The notes under the pieces were generated by a model. It ran no database searches and was not told the origin of the DNA. It worked only from the letters and a program-made list of their open reading frames with translations. This document shows positions 1-12,950 of a stretch of 64,000 nt of DNA, piece by piece; within the stretch, counting starts at the first letter, position 1, and each line of letters opens with the position of its first letter. Source of the DNA: Lama guanicoe (taxonomy: Eukaryota); the NCBI GenBank assembly GCA_013239625.1, contig MU056000.1:12785175-12849174 (forward strand), written 5' to 3'. The translations under genes and the position numbers were made by a program.

Positions 1-415
1 TTTTTCTCATTTGCTTGAAAGGATCCAGTTTCCAAATAAAAGTGGCTTACCAGCACCGACTGTCAATTTATTTTCCCAAGGCTAAACTACTTGCTAAGAT
101 CTCTTTTCTTAACTTTACTTCTCTTTTTTAAGCTATCCAGGCCATAATTTAACCTCTATTATTTGTGCCTGTCTTTTTCTTTATAGGCAATAATTTTGCT
201 AGAAACTTTCTTAACTTCCCTGTTTTTGATTTTTCTTGAAATTGATTTTGGTTCTCTACCCAATTATGCCATCTCAGGCTTCCAGAATAATAACTCTCTT
301 GATACAAAATTGTCTCTTCTGTTGGGCACTCCTAGGTAACTTTCCAATGACTCTGGAGTGGGTCCTTGACAAGTTGACTCTTGAAAGTAAGGAGCATGAA
401 AAAAATTATGGAGGC

Positions 416-650
416 ATGAATGAAATTTTGCCATTTGCAGCCACATGGATGGACGTGGAGGGCATTATGCTAAGTGAAATAAGTCAGACAGATAAAGACA
501 AGATACTGTATGATATCACTTACATGTGGCATTTAAAAAATACAACAAACTAGTGAATATAACAAAACGGAGCAAACTCACAGACACAGAGAAGAAATTC
601 GTGGTTACCAGTGGATGTATTGTACAACATGGGGAATATAGCTAATATTT
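416..650 (+). mobile_element. L1 LINE 3' fragment (ORF2 end/3'UTR, artiodactyl-type), with an internal deletion
   Basis: AATGAAATTTTGCCATTTGCAGCCACATGGATGG...GCTAAGTGAAATAAGTCAGACAGA; translates NEILPFAATWMDVEGIMLSEISQTDKDK, the typical L1 ORF2 C-terminus. Confidence 0.9.
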
Positions 651-1036
651 CATTTTAAAAATTGGTGCACAAAGCTAATGAGGAGTAGATGAGACTGAAT
701 GTGAAGTAGATTATTCAGGAAGAGTGAAAAAAATTTAAAGAAGGTTAAAGGAGAGAGCTCTAAAGAATAATTATTTTCACAAGATGAGAATAAAAGAGAA
801 ACCAGTAGAATTTTAAAAGAAATGAACAGAGACTGGAGTTTACTTTTAACCATGCAGGAGAGAGTGATGAAAGTTAAGGAAGAAAATAATTCTAGAATTG
901 AGTGTATGTTTAAGAGTATTGAAAATTACAGAAAGACCAAGTAGAATAATACATAATTCTTATAGACCCAGGTGATGACTAAATGATGCTTCTGAATACT
1001 TCACTCTTGGAAAATACTTAAATATTTAGCTTATCG

Positions 1037-1069
1037 CCCAGAATGTACCCAGAATGTATCCAGAATGTA
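1037..1069. repeat. 3 x 11-bp tandem repeat (YCCAGAATGTA)
   Basis: cccagaatgta cccagaatgta tccagaatgta read directly. Confidence 0.9.
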
Positions 1070-1499
1070 TGTGACCCCCTGGTCAAGGCTGGCAGCCTTT
1101 GCTTTCCTATGAAATTTATGACCTTACAATCAGAGAGCTGGTTCCTAACCGATGTGGTACTTGGGGTTCCTAACCTCTTTCCTGTTCCTGACCTCTGAAA
1201 ACCACAAATCTCTAAAGGTTGTTAACTGGAGTTTAAAAAAAAAAAACAAACAGGAATCGAGTCATTGTTTTATTTTTAAGGATAAATCTATATCATTAAT
1301 GCAAAGTTTCAGAAAATATAGGAATACGAAACAAAGGAAGAACATAAAGAAATGTGTCTTGAAGGACATAAGGTATGCCAGGATGAAATGCCCTGCCCAA
1401 TGTTAATTTTTGCTAATTATTTATTGTATCTTCTTAAACATTTAATTTTACATTGTCTGGAGTTTTTTCTGTGTAAATACATTTTTAAAGCAAAAAATT

Positions 1500-1925
1500 A
1501 CTATGCATACTATTTCTTATCAGTATTTTAACTAGACTGTAAAAAAAGTTATTTACATCCTTCTATGCACGCAAGAGCTCAAGATTTCCATCATGCATTT
1601 TAATGGTCACCTGGGATTCTGTTAGCTCTCCCGTAATTTATAGAAATAATTTTCTCTTGATGGGCATTGAGGTATTTCCAATTTTAATATCATACATGTA
1701 ACATCAGGATGGGTATATTTCTACATATATCTTTACACTTTGCTGACTGCTTCCTTAAGATACAGTCTCAGAAATGGAATTTCTGTTCAAAAGTATAAAT
1801 ATTAACATTTTGATCGATGTTGCCAAACTCCTGTCGATAGCTTTGGAGGTTATTACTTTTTCTCCTGTGCTGTTGCCAACAGCAGATTTAATGCAATTTT
1901 TAAGAAGTGTTTGCTAGCTGGATAA
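1500..1925 (-). mobile_element. Old L1 (L1ME-like) fragment
   Basis: Degenerate antisense L1 motifs: gatgggcattgaggtatttcca, agaaatggaatttctgttcaaaag, gttgccaaac. Confidence 0.55.
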
Positions 1926-3890
1926 GCTATTGGAGCCTTAACCATTCACTGCCTGGCTCTCCAGGGCTTATCTGTATCTAGGGCTCTTGTGCAGCTTCTT
2001 CCCATGAATCTGTGTTACAGTAATGACAACTTCACAACTCCATCATCTCTCTACAGGGAATTTTCTTAGCATTTTGAAAAAAAACCCCAACATATTTGGC
2101 TCTTAGATTTTAATAGCAGTCACTCACTGAAAGCTGCTGGATGGACCTCCAGTTTTAAGTGGTACATCTACTGCTGGAATGCTTTGCTAGCATCTCCTAG
2201 AGGATATGAAGCTTCCTAAAATTGTGTTTCCTCTTCCATCCTTGCCCTAAGTCTACTTCTCCAAAAATCTACTCTTCTTCAAATATACCAACAGTGTTTA
2301 CCTTTGTATTGGCTTTTTATCTCCAATAGGTAAATAACTCATGTTTTGCTACACTGAATAGAAAATACATTCCTCCACCTGGACAGCTGGGGCAGAAGAC
2401 CCTTCCCAAATGATGGTGATGACTGTGCAAACCAATTCAAAGGCAGATATCTTGGACAAGGCCCATGACAAGATTTTGTGGCTTAACTTCCAGTCTCCAG
2501 AGATTAACTTGCACATGGGACTTTATTCCTTTTTGAATCACACTGAACAGCATTTCATTGAAAGAGTTCACAGAATCCAGGCAAGATTTCTAACCTATCT
2601 TTGGCATCTGGTATAAAGACTTCTCTGACATAAAATGGAACTTGTGTAACATTGATTGGAATCACTTGGGAAAAATGACATCACAAGGAATGGGTGGAGA
2701 AATTCCAAGACTTTTGTTTCATGGTCCCTGCCTCCTCATTCCACTGGGGTCTGACAACTCGAAACATCTATTCTTACTTCTATATACAAGATTTAATCAT
2801 ACAGACACCTTCATGACTATTATACGCTCCTTTCTTCACTAGAGTGTGAGCTATTTAAGGTCACAAAATCTTTGTAAATGATCTTTATATTCCCATTCTC
2901 CCAAATGACTTATTTAGGATTCAAGAGCGACTGAATGAATTAACTTTTAACTATGAGTCACTCTTTCAAGGGAGGAGTGCAGATATATCAAAGGTATAAA
3001 AATTTCCTAAGCTTTTTTCTCATTTTGTTGCCACCTTCATTCTCTCATAACTCAAAGCCTTCCCAGACATCAGAGGAGGAGTAAATTTCTAACCCTGGAA
3101 GTGATTCCTCAGGCATAAGTCCATTTCACATCCCAGGTATTTGGTGCTACTCAGAATGCGTCTGGTATCTAGTGATTCAAAGGTGTCATTTTCCCTTTTC
3201 TCTTAGGAGGGTTCTGGTTTTGGTCATGGCTTCACCATGCCATGATGCTGATGTGTTCCTTTGTTCCAAAGTTTTGGTCTCTTTTCCCATTTGGAGACAA
3301 CCCTATTCAAGGCACTATTTGATGGAGTGGTTTTTGTAATATTGTCTAGGGGTGTCATGAGAAAGCACACCCAGCACCTTCTTTCTCCACCAGAGCATGA
3401 GCTAGTTAAGGTCCCAAAATCTTTGTAAATGATCTTTATATTCCCCGTACTGGCCCCATGAGTTTAGAACCATTTTCAAAAGAAAAGGATCAAGATGCAA
3501 TGTCGCTTTATGACTATGTCCTCACCTTGGAATCAGGTCCTTTTGAAGGGATTTACTCATATTGTTCACTTTGGGGTCTAGGACTGTGAGCAGAAAGAAA
3601 AGGGGCCAGTTTTCTTTCTCTTCATGCATCTGATGCTACAGCCTCAAGTGGAATATTTTTATTTGTAATAATTTCTGTGTCTTGTGTCAATTAACAATTG
3701 TGGCTTGATATCTATTCTTCACCTTGAACTTCTTGAATTCTGGGCAAGAACAGGAGATAAGTCATGAAGTTTGATTTACAGTAAGCTTATTATTTAGTAA
3801 AGATGAGACAGAGTTAGATAAATGGAGGAAAATATTTATTGGGACAGGATGCAGCATTTTTGAATGTGTAATTTTGCCTTTGGTTCATGT

Positions 3891-4100
3891 CAGTGGTTCC
3901 CAAACTTGTTTGCATGTTAGAACCCCCCAAGGTGCTTTAATAATCACAATTACAATGACAACACTCACAATAAAGGATAAATAATCAAGGCCAAGGTCCT
4001 ATCCCAAGCATTCTGATTCAGTCCTGAGGTTTTTATTTGTATGTTGATAGTTTTAAAACCTTTAAGTGATTCCAATATGCAGCCTGATTGAAAACCACCG
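3891..4100. mobile_element. MER5A-like hAT-Charlie DNA transposon (MITE)
   Basis: Terminal CAGTGGTTCCCAAACTT and TTGAAAACCACCG; internal ttctgattcagt and aagtgattccaatatgcagcc. Confidence 0.75.
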
Positions 4101-5142
4101 GTCTGTGTAGCAATATCCCACTGTATTCTGATATTGTCTCTTAATGTTTCCCTAATAATCTTGTCATGATTTTCTTAGTTGCCCACAGCATTTGTAACAT
4201 TGCAATTTTGAAACATCCTTCATGTTAAAATAAGAAAATTGTGGTTTTTGTAAATAAGAAAATGTATTTTTAGCTATTTTTCCTCAAAATGGGTTTTCAT
4301 GAGGTAGAATGACAGTCGCTTACATGTGTGGGGAATGCAATGATTTCCTTGGCTTCCCTGGTTTTATCAGGGCTTTGTCCAAAGGCCTTCAGACACTGTG
4401 GAGCCCATCACTGACCTGCTAATAAATACATACAGTTTTGTTCCCCTATATGCCAACTGAGTGATCTGTTTTCAGTCAGTTAGAAACAACTTTAATTCCT
4501 AACTGAGGTGCACATCTCCTACCCCAATGCTCTTCAAAGTAACTTGACTCTTGTATTACCTGTGACTATCTGCTTCTTGGCCACCTTTGGCCCCTGAGTC
4601 TTTACGAAGGTCATGTGACATTTCTGCTCTGTAAAAATGAGGGAGACAACCTTTTACCTTTAGGTTCAATGAACTGTGTTCTAAATAAACAACGGTCCAC
4701 TGAACACTACTCATACCTAACATGTCTTCATGTCTTCATTTTGTTGTTGTTATTGTTGAGCTAATTAAAGCAACATCAAATTGTTAGGATGGCTGTGAAC
4801 TTCTAGCATGTGCACATGCATCCAGTAATTCATTAAAAATGTAGGACTGAAATCTAATATCTCTTCTGGCTGTCACAGGAGTTATACACTTTGATAAGAC
4901 GCAATCCTTGGTCTTGATAAATTTACAAATTCTCATCAAGGAGTCAAGGAATGAGCATAGAAACAAAATACAAGGTCACATGTCTATGAGACTGGTATGC
5001 TTTAAATTATAGTGTTTGGAGGAAATCTTTTTCAGCAGCATGAGATGTGGAGAATACTGAACAAATGAAGAAGCCCCTGCCCCTGCTTCTCTTAGCATCA
5101 TTTCTTGCCCACTGTAATCACTGTAAGCAGAAGATCTTTTCA

Positions 5143-5900
5143 AAAATTAATTTTTGAAGTAATTGTAGATTCACACGTGGTTGTAAAAAATAATGTGGCG
5201 CCATCCCATACGTCCTTAACCTAATTTCTTACAACGGTAATTTGAAAAAGTTGCAAAACTATTGTACAATATCAGAACAAAGATACTGGCATTGATACAA
5301 CCCACCAGTTTATTCAGATTTTCCCAATTTTACTTGTATTAGTAAATGTGTGTGTGCATACATGTGTATGTAGATCTATGTGATTTTATCATATTTGTAG
5401 GTTCCTGTGCCCACCATGAGATTCAAGACACAGAACAGTTTCATCATGACAATGATCTCTCTCTTTGCCTTTTATGGCCACTCACCTCTTTCCCATTACC
5501 CACTCCTTCCTTATCCCTAAATCCCAGCAACCACTAATCTGCTATTTCAATAAATTTGCCATTTCAAGATAGTTATATAAATTGGACCATACAATATTAA
5601 ACCTGTTGAGCCTTGGCTTTCCCACTTAACATAATTTCCTTGAGATTTATCCAAGTTATTACATGTATCAATAGATACCTCTTTTTATTGCTGAGCAGTA
5701 TTTCATGATATCCCATGGTGCTGCCTGGTATTCTGTGGTATGGATGAATACAGTCTGCTTAATCATGCCCTCACTGAGGGCTATATATTCTGTGTTCAGT
5801 TTTTGGCTATTACAAATAAACCTGCTATGAATGTTCATGTCTGGGTTTTAATATCTCTAGGATTAAACGCCCAAGAGTGCAAGTGTTGAATATCATAGTA
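5143..5900 (-). mobile_element. L1 3' end (L1MC/L1MB-like), antisense
   Basis: ttttgaagtaattgtagattcacac...gagatttatccaagttattacatgtatcaatag...tttttggctattacaaataaacctgctatgaatgttcatgt. Confidence 0.85.
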
Positions 5901-5919
5901 ATGACATAGACGATCTCTT

Positions 5920-6200
5920 AGAAATGCAATCTAATTGAATCACTTCCCCTTTTTAAATCATTTCAGTATTTTCCCACTACTCTTAGCAACAAAAGAGTAG
6001 ACATCAGTCCTACAAAGCCCCGAAAAATCGGGAGTTTGCTGTACTTTCTCTTCTCATCCACTGCCTTTTCCTCCTTCTGCTTCTCCCCTCCAGACGCATG
6101 GGCCCTCTTTTAGCTTCTTAAATGTGTCATGTTTTTATCTGACCATAAATGTCCTATAACAGTAGTAGAAAAGCCCTTAATACCAGTAGAATGCCAATGG
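5920..6200 (+). mobile_element. L2 LINE fragment
   Basis: tagaaatgcaatctaattgaatcacttcccc...cccactactcttag...cctacaaagccc resembles the L2 3' region. Confidence 0.5.
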
Positions 6201-7803
6201 AATGGCTGGTTTGCCACTAGATTGGACTTACATGAGTTCTTTTTCCTTATCATCCAGCTCACAATCCCCATGCTCTTCACATCAAACCCAGTTCTCTTAA
6301 AACCTATTTTTTCCTTAATAAAGCTCATGACACCCATGTTCACAAGTGTACATTCTTCTCTCACCTCCACCATTATACCATTTCATTAGATAATGTGTCC
6401 TAACAATTCAACTTTCTATCAAGTCAATATGTGCTGTTTGACTTAATCTGAGTTAATATCTATTTATTTTGATGTATCAATTCTTTTCCTTTGGTGGTAA
6501 GAGCCAGTTTTTACACAATTTGAAATTTAGTCTTGACATGAGTTAATTTTTATTAATATGGGGATATCTGTCCAATGATGAAATGATGAATTTTTTTTAA
6601 CAACAAAAATATGTGACTCATTTGATGGTCTTTAAAATCAGGACAAGTAGAATAAAGTCTAAAATTATAAATGAAAATGATATTTATTTGCTTTCAGTTT
6701 GGTCCCTAAATGTGATCTTATTTACACTAAACTAAGCCAATGCCAAATTTATTAAATAAATAAGTAAGTAAATAACATGACTGTGTTCTCTGTTTCTCTG
6801 CATCATTTCTCATGCCTCATATTTTCTTCACACCCACTTGGACTATCTGCCCAAATAGTTTAGCATTGAATAGACTATAAATTAATTGTTTAAAAAATAT
6901 ATATTTACACATTTTTTTCTTCAAGCTTTACATCTTAAGTTTTTTGTTCTTCAACTTTCATAGTTTACCTCCTATTCGATCTGGTTTCTTCATTAAGACA
7001 CTAGCACCAGTAGTCTCTACTGTAGGAGAGAACAATTCTCTTCATTCCAAGAATTAGGTAAATGGCCTCAGAGTTATCTGTAAAATGGAAAAAGTTAAAC
7101 AATGATATATTTGACTTTCATTTAAGACCATCAAACTGATATATAATGGAAGATAAGTCACATTTAAGAATTTATAGAAGAACTTGTTCGAGTGAGTTTT
7201 TTTTGCCTTGTTAACTATAAATTTTGAAAGCTTCCATCATTCATGGGATTCAGATTTTCAATGGAAATAAAACATCCTATCACATTTAAATTATCTTAGG
7301 ATATTCAACTATTATTTCATGATGCTTAAGACCTCTAAAAAATAAACCTGATTAACTCTAACAATGGGCAGTGAGAAAAAGATAAATTTAATCTGTAGGT
7401 AATAGATAACTTAATATACTTTACACAATCTTATTTTCTGTACATTAACATAGAGAATCATAACTTCATCTATGCAACTTGCTGAATTTCTAAAGTACTA
7501 ACACTGAATTGTCAAATGAGCAGGAATGTATATATCCATATAATCGATCTGAAGCTTTGTAGTCCAAATATACACATTGGAATAAAAGATTTCTTATAAT
7601 CAACAGAGATGATCAATTCTCAATATCTACTTCCTTTGAAAGATTATTAAATTATTCTCATTTTCTGTTTATTTATTCATTAAATTATTAATTAATTTGA
7701 TAAATATTTAATATGTACCTACCAGGTACCTAACACTATGCTAGGTACAAAGATGTATTAATGGGCGTAAAACACACGGGGTTTCAGGCAAAGAGACTGG
7801 TAG

Positions 7804-8423
7804 TTTTGCACAGCAAAGGAAACAGCAAGCAAAACAAAAAGACAGCCTACAAAATGGGAGAAAATATTTGCAAACCGTGTGACTGTCAAGGGCTTAATTT
7901 CCAGAATATAGAAACAGCTCATACTACTCAGTAACAAAAAAATTAATGACCCAAGCAAAAAAATAGGCAGAGCATCTAAACAAACATTTCTCCAGTGAAG
8001 ATATACAAATGACCAAGAGACACATGGAAAAGTGCTCACTATTAGAGAAATGCAAACCAAAACCACAATGAAGTATCACCTCACACAGGTCAGAATGGTC
8101 ATCATTAAAAAGTCCACAAATAATCAGTGCTGGAAAGGGTGTGTAAAAAAGGGAACCTTTCGACAATGTTGGTAAGAATGTAGTCTGGAGCAGCTATTAA
8201 GAAAAACAGTATACAAATTCCTCAAAAAACTAAAAAATAGACCTACCATACAATCCAGCAATCCCACTCCTGGACATATATCCAGAGCAAACTCTAATTC
8301 ACAAAATGCATGCACTCAATGTTCATAGCAGCACTACTTAAAATAGCCAAGACATGAAAGCAACCTAAATGTCCATCAACAGAAGACTAGATAAAGAAGA
8401 TGTGATATATATATATATATATA

Positions 8424-8467
<44 letters not shown>

Positions 8468-8702
8468 TATATTTACACACAAACACACACACAATTGAAT
8501 ACTACTCAGCCATAAAAAAGAGTAAAATAATGCCATTTGCAGCAACATGAATGGACCTGGAGATGGTCATACTAAGTGAAGAAAGACAGAAAGAGAAAGA
8601 AAAATACCATACGATATAACTTATATGGAGAATCTAAAAAAAAAAATGAGACAAGTGAACTTATTTACAAAACAGAAACAGATTCGCAGACATAGAAAGC
8701 CA
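7804..8702 (+). mobile_element. L1 ORF2 C-terminal region and 3'UTR start, disrupted (stops/frameshifts)
   Basis: Translates [24 protein letters not shown]..., [16 protein letters not shown] and MPFAAT*MDLEMVILSE, all diagnostic L1 ORF2 motifs. Confidence 0.95.
8405..8492. repeat. (TA)n/(TG)n/(CA)n compound microsatellite within L1
   Basis: Long atatat run interrupted by gtgtgt, followed by acacac. Confidence 0.95.
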
Positions 8703-9360
8703 AATGACGTTATGAAGCACTGTGCAAACAAAGGTTTCACATGAATTTGAGTAGAGAAAAGGGTGGGTGAGTTGAGTTAGCAAGTGACACACAGTAGCAT
8801 AGACATGCCGAATGCTTCTGAAACTATGATGTGACATTCAGTACAATATTCAAATTTCAAACAGATTAAATTTCAAGATAATGTACCACCTTAAATTAAT
8901 AAGATTAATTTCAATTTTATTGGCTTTATAATTTGGTTCCTATTTAATTTGTTTCTGTGGCTGAGTCCTCTGAGCATAAGACCTAGATGTATATTTATAG
9001 ACATTTATAAGCATAGTCAAAGTAACATAAATCTACAGTGGGTAGAAGGGTTCATATTTTTTTCCTTTAAAAGGTCTGGTTGGATTTTATAAACATTATT
9101 TTATAGAGTGAATCATGGATAACCCTGAAGTCATCCTAGCCTGCTCCTATGCCAAAGATAACTAGATATGTCTGTTTCTGCCCTAGCCTACCTTTGCTGT
9201 TCTACGTTGTTAAATAGCAATCAATACACTCTTTCTGTGTGTTTTTAGATTTGCCCCAGGGATTTCGTACTCTAATCCAAGGAACAGGTAATCAAAAGGC
9301 CTTAAATTATGTCTGAGTAGTGTCTACTGGAGTCCTTCATTCACTGTGCACAATGAATGT

Positions 9361-9603
9361 TTACATAGAATTTTTAAAAACATTTTTATTGAGCTATAGT
9401 CATTTTACAATGTTGTGTCAAATTCCAGTGTAGAGCACAGTTTTTCAATTATACATGAGTATACATATATTCATTGTGAGCTACCACAATATCTTGTATA
9501 TATTTCCTTGTGCTATACAGTGTAATCGTGTTTGTCTATTCTGCATATGCCTGTCAGTATCTACAAATTTTGAAATCCCAGTCTGTCCCTTACATAGAAT
9601 TTT
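9361..9603 (-). mobile_element. Short 5'-truncated young L1 3' end with 14-bp TSD
   Basis: ttttattgagctatagtcattttacaatgttgtgtcaaattccagtgtagagcac; TSD TTACATAGAATTTT at 9361-9374 and 9590-9603, ending at an L1 endonuclease-type TTTT/AA site. Confidence 0.9.
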
Positions 9604-10820
9604 AAAGATGGTAGTATTTAATTTGATAAGGAAAATCAGGAGTGTTTATGCAGAGAAAACTTGTAAAGAAACTTGATAAAGAAGCTCTAACCAACATCAA
9701 ATGGATCGACTGAAGTAAAACCTTTGCTCTGTGTTCACAGTAGGCAGTGGCCCATTTTCATGGAACAGCACAGCCAAGAAGCACCTTGGAGGTCATTTAC
9801 GTGGTGTGCATCGTGCTGTCTCTGGAACCTCAGGAGGCTAAGGGTCTCATTAAGGCTGTTTCATAAGCTAAGAGAAACATGAGGGTCAGGACTCTGATGT
9901 CTTAAAAGAATATAGGTCTTTTCTTCCCTGTATCATGTATTTTTTTGGAAAACGGAACTGGCTATTTGGCAGTGGGCGTGGGGAGTGAAAGCATGTGTTA
10001 CAAACTGGTTCACTAAGCAGGGCTTATGCCCTTTTTGCTTAGGCTCTGATTGCCATGTGCTCGAGTAACTCAACACTGTACTCATAAATTATGGTAAAAG
10101 CTATAAATAGATCAATCTGAAGTATACATTTAGAGAAATTGATACTCTAGTAAGCAATCTTTGCAAGCTTTCCAGGGAAAAAAACACATCTTTATAATCA
10201 AGGAAATAGCATTAACAACCACAACCCTTTTAGCTCCTTTTATACAAATCTCCAAGGTGAATTCCACAAAATATTTTATCAGGAAATATTCAGTTAAAAA
10301 AAGATGCTGTGAAGATCCAGTTTTTTATAAAAAGATGACAGCATAAATTACAAATTATTATATAAAACATGGTGGAGACTGAGCAGTTTGAATGTTTCCT
10401 GTGAAAGTCATAGTTCTGAAGAAGAATAAAAAAGAAAATGGAACATAATCAAATAATTTAATTCAAAGACTTTGGGGGAAAATATCAATGCTTATTTTGA
10501 GGGAATCATTCATGAAACTGGCCTTTTGAGTAAGCTGATGTATCTGGACAATCATTTGTAGCGTCTGTGTTTAGGTTGGGGGGTATATTTATTCTCAGCC
10601 TTTGCTACAAAATGCCGAAACGATGAAATTCATTGATCGTGACCTAAATAAATACCACAGGGAAAATACCTGCAGCTGGAAAATAGAGGGTTCAGCTTTA
10701 AAGCTTTGAGATTTTCAAAATGACTCCTTCACGCTGAGTGCGGCGGTAGCTGGGCCGCTTTCTTCTTTCTGGAGCAATCGGTACATGTACCTGTCGGCCA
10801 TGTTTTCTTTCTTAGCTACT

Positions 10821-10834
10821 GTTGCCAGGGTAAC
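10821..10834. promoter_or_regulatory. RFX X-box motif
   Basis: GTTGCCAGGGTAAC fits GTTRCC-NN-GGYAAC; lies in non-repeat sequence beside a small CpG patch. Confidence 0.55.
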
Positions 10835-11286
10835 CACATCCTTTGTACAAGCCCAGGATAGCTGCTGCTTTTTGGAAATGGACTCTGGGCTGGTTGCCAG
10901 ATTTTCAATTCTCATATTCAGGACTTTACTTTAGCTTACTTAACCCTTTCACTGGCCTGAGAAAATACTGAGTACAAAAGATTTTTAATTTTGTTATCCC
11001 CTGAAGGAAGCAGAAACTAGCACATGACTGAAATCTAGAAATACCCTTTTGCCTGGACGTATGCTATGTTGACAAGGAAAATACACAGGATTTTTTTTTA
11101 AAATAAAATAAGGGCAGACAAACATGACTGATGTATTTCAGAACATCACGGTTCAGAGGTGATGATTTAAATCCAGTGTACTGTTCTCTGATTCTAGTTC
11201 AAGGCAGAGGAAAACTTACCTCACACTAGTACGAGGCAGTGGCTTTTTAGAATACTCCTTACTATTTTTTACTGAAATGCAAAATG

Positions 11287-11323
11287 TATTATTATTATTG
11301 TTGTTGTTGTTATTATTATTATT
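11287..11323. repeat. (TTA)n/(TTG)n trinucleotide microsatellite
   Basis: tattattattattgttgttgttgttattattattatt. Confidence 0.9.
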
Positions 11324-11659
11324 GCAAAAGAAAAAATAAAATCTTCTAACCCAGCCTCCTTATAATCATTTGAAAAAATCATATCCCTCAATTGTTTGGT
11401 TTCTTTGTTCCTGTCTCATTAGATTTCAAGATTTGAGAAGAGGCTTGACGGGTCTTCCAGTCTAACTTTTGATTCTTTCCTACTCATCATCTTGTGACAT
11501 TGTTCACTATATTTTCAAGATTTTAATGATTAGAAATTCTTCATATTTTGACGAAGTGTGAGTTTCTATCCATCTCTTTGTTCTCTGTCTCTGTTTTGAA
11601 GTTATGCAGGAAAAATCTAGACCTTTGTCCCTCTCAGAGCTCTTGAGAAGAACTGAAGA

Positions 11660-12126
11660 CGGCTCTCACCCCTCCCCAAGGGTAGCAGCCGTGGAGGTGT
11701 GCCTTCAAAAGATCTGCTGGACGAGCAGATCTGATTGACAGCCTCCAACGGCTGCACCCGTAGAGGCACTGGGGCACTGGCAGGAGGACATCCTTCCCCC
11801 ACGTTGCTCCGACTCAGTGACTGAACACAGCTGCCATGCTGGAAGGACACTGTTCCTGCCCTGTAGGAGCCAAGTTTGCCTCCAGGACTTTCCATAGGTC
11901 TGGCCAAGACTTTCACAGAACTGAACTGTGTTCTGAGGCTCTTCCTATACAATCCTCCCTTTCTTCTGTTTTTCACAGGTGTCAGTGCTGGATCACAGTC
12001 TTAAGACTCTTCTGACCTATTCCTGCTCTCTCCCTTCTGTCCTTCAAAGACAGTTTCCAATAAATCCCTTGTATATCCAATCCCGTCTTGACATCTGCTT
12101 CTTGGGGGGGGGGGCTCAAGCTGACA
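11660..12126 (+). mobile_element. ERVL solo LTR (LTR16-like)
   Basis: ggccaagactttc...gaggctcttcctatacaatcctccc...cacaggtgtcag...AATAAATCCCTTGTA...ccgtcttgacatctgcttcttggg...agctgaca. Confidence 0.7.
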
Positions 12127-12699
12127 TACTAAGTGTTTCTTTCTTCAGGAGAAACATTCTCAGTTCATCAGCCTTTTTAATCCATGTGTACCACTCTGTA
12201 GACTTTTTTCTCGAGACGCATGCTAGTTTCTCAGTGAGGCACCCATGGAGAGCAAACATCTCCCGGGACTGTCTGAACAAGACAGACCAGAGCTGTACTT
12301 ACTCTGACTTCTTGTGTTCTGATCTAGTATTGTAATTAATGCATTTCAGGATGGCATTAACATTTGGGGCAGCTATAGCATTCTTTTGGTTCATAATGAG
12401 TTTGCAGAAAATCAAACGAACAGCTTGGATTCAGTTAAATAAAATTCAAGGGTACTTCATCTATTCCATTCATGCCCATTGGGATTTGAATCTACTAAGA
12501 TTTTTTCACATCCACTTTTTGTAATAAAATTCCACCTTCTGCTATGCTATACAGGCAATGGAAAGCCTGGGCATAGGTATTTACGTCTGTTCTCAGTTTA
12601 TTGTATTCTATAAATTCAGTCCCTCTCATCACTCATTATATTAGCTATTCCTTGGACCTCTGACTACTTTGAAATTCCATAAGCATGATAGCAATATTT

Positions 12700-12950
12700 A
12701 CACCAAATATGTTGACTAAAATGCACAGCCATGACTGAGGAGGAGCCAAAGAAATCTCTCCACATTAAATCAATCATTACCTTTGGACAGGGTCATTAAT
12801 TCAATTACATGTTTGCCCAATAATATTGCCATTTATAGCATTTTTCTCCATCTTTCCCATGAGATATCATAAGAAAGTTTCAAATATATTACACACCTGA
12901 ATGTGCTTTCTTGGTTTATAAATAAACTATATCAAAACATCATATGATGT
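12700..12950 (-). mobile_element. L3/CR1 LINE RT-region fragment
   Basis: ctttcccatgagatatcataagaaagtttcaaat resembles the antisense of the CR1 'FSKAFDKVSHDIL' region. Confidence 0.4.

Noticed and set aside
236..553. 105-aa ORF
   Set aside because: Chimera of unique sequence with an L1 ORF2 C-terminal fragment; non-ATG start; not a gene
1037..1069. CRISPR-like or iteron-like repeat
   Set aside because: Direct tandem 11-mers with no spacers in mammalian DNA; an ordinary slippage repeat
7758..8315. Overlapping minus-strand ORFs with hydrophobic look
   Set aside because: Antisense translations of L1 ORF2, a common source of spurious 'membrane proteins'
11617..12335. 119-aa and 118-aa ORFs
   Set aside because: Largely within an LTR16-like element; no recognisable protein features
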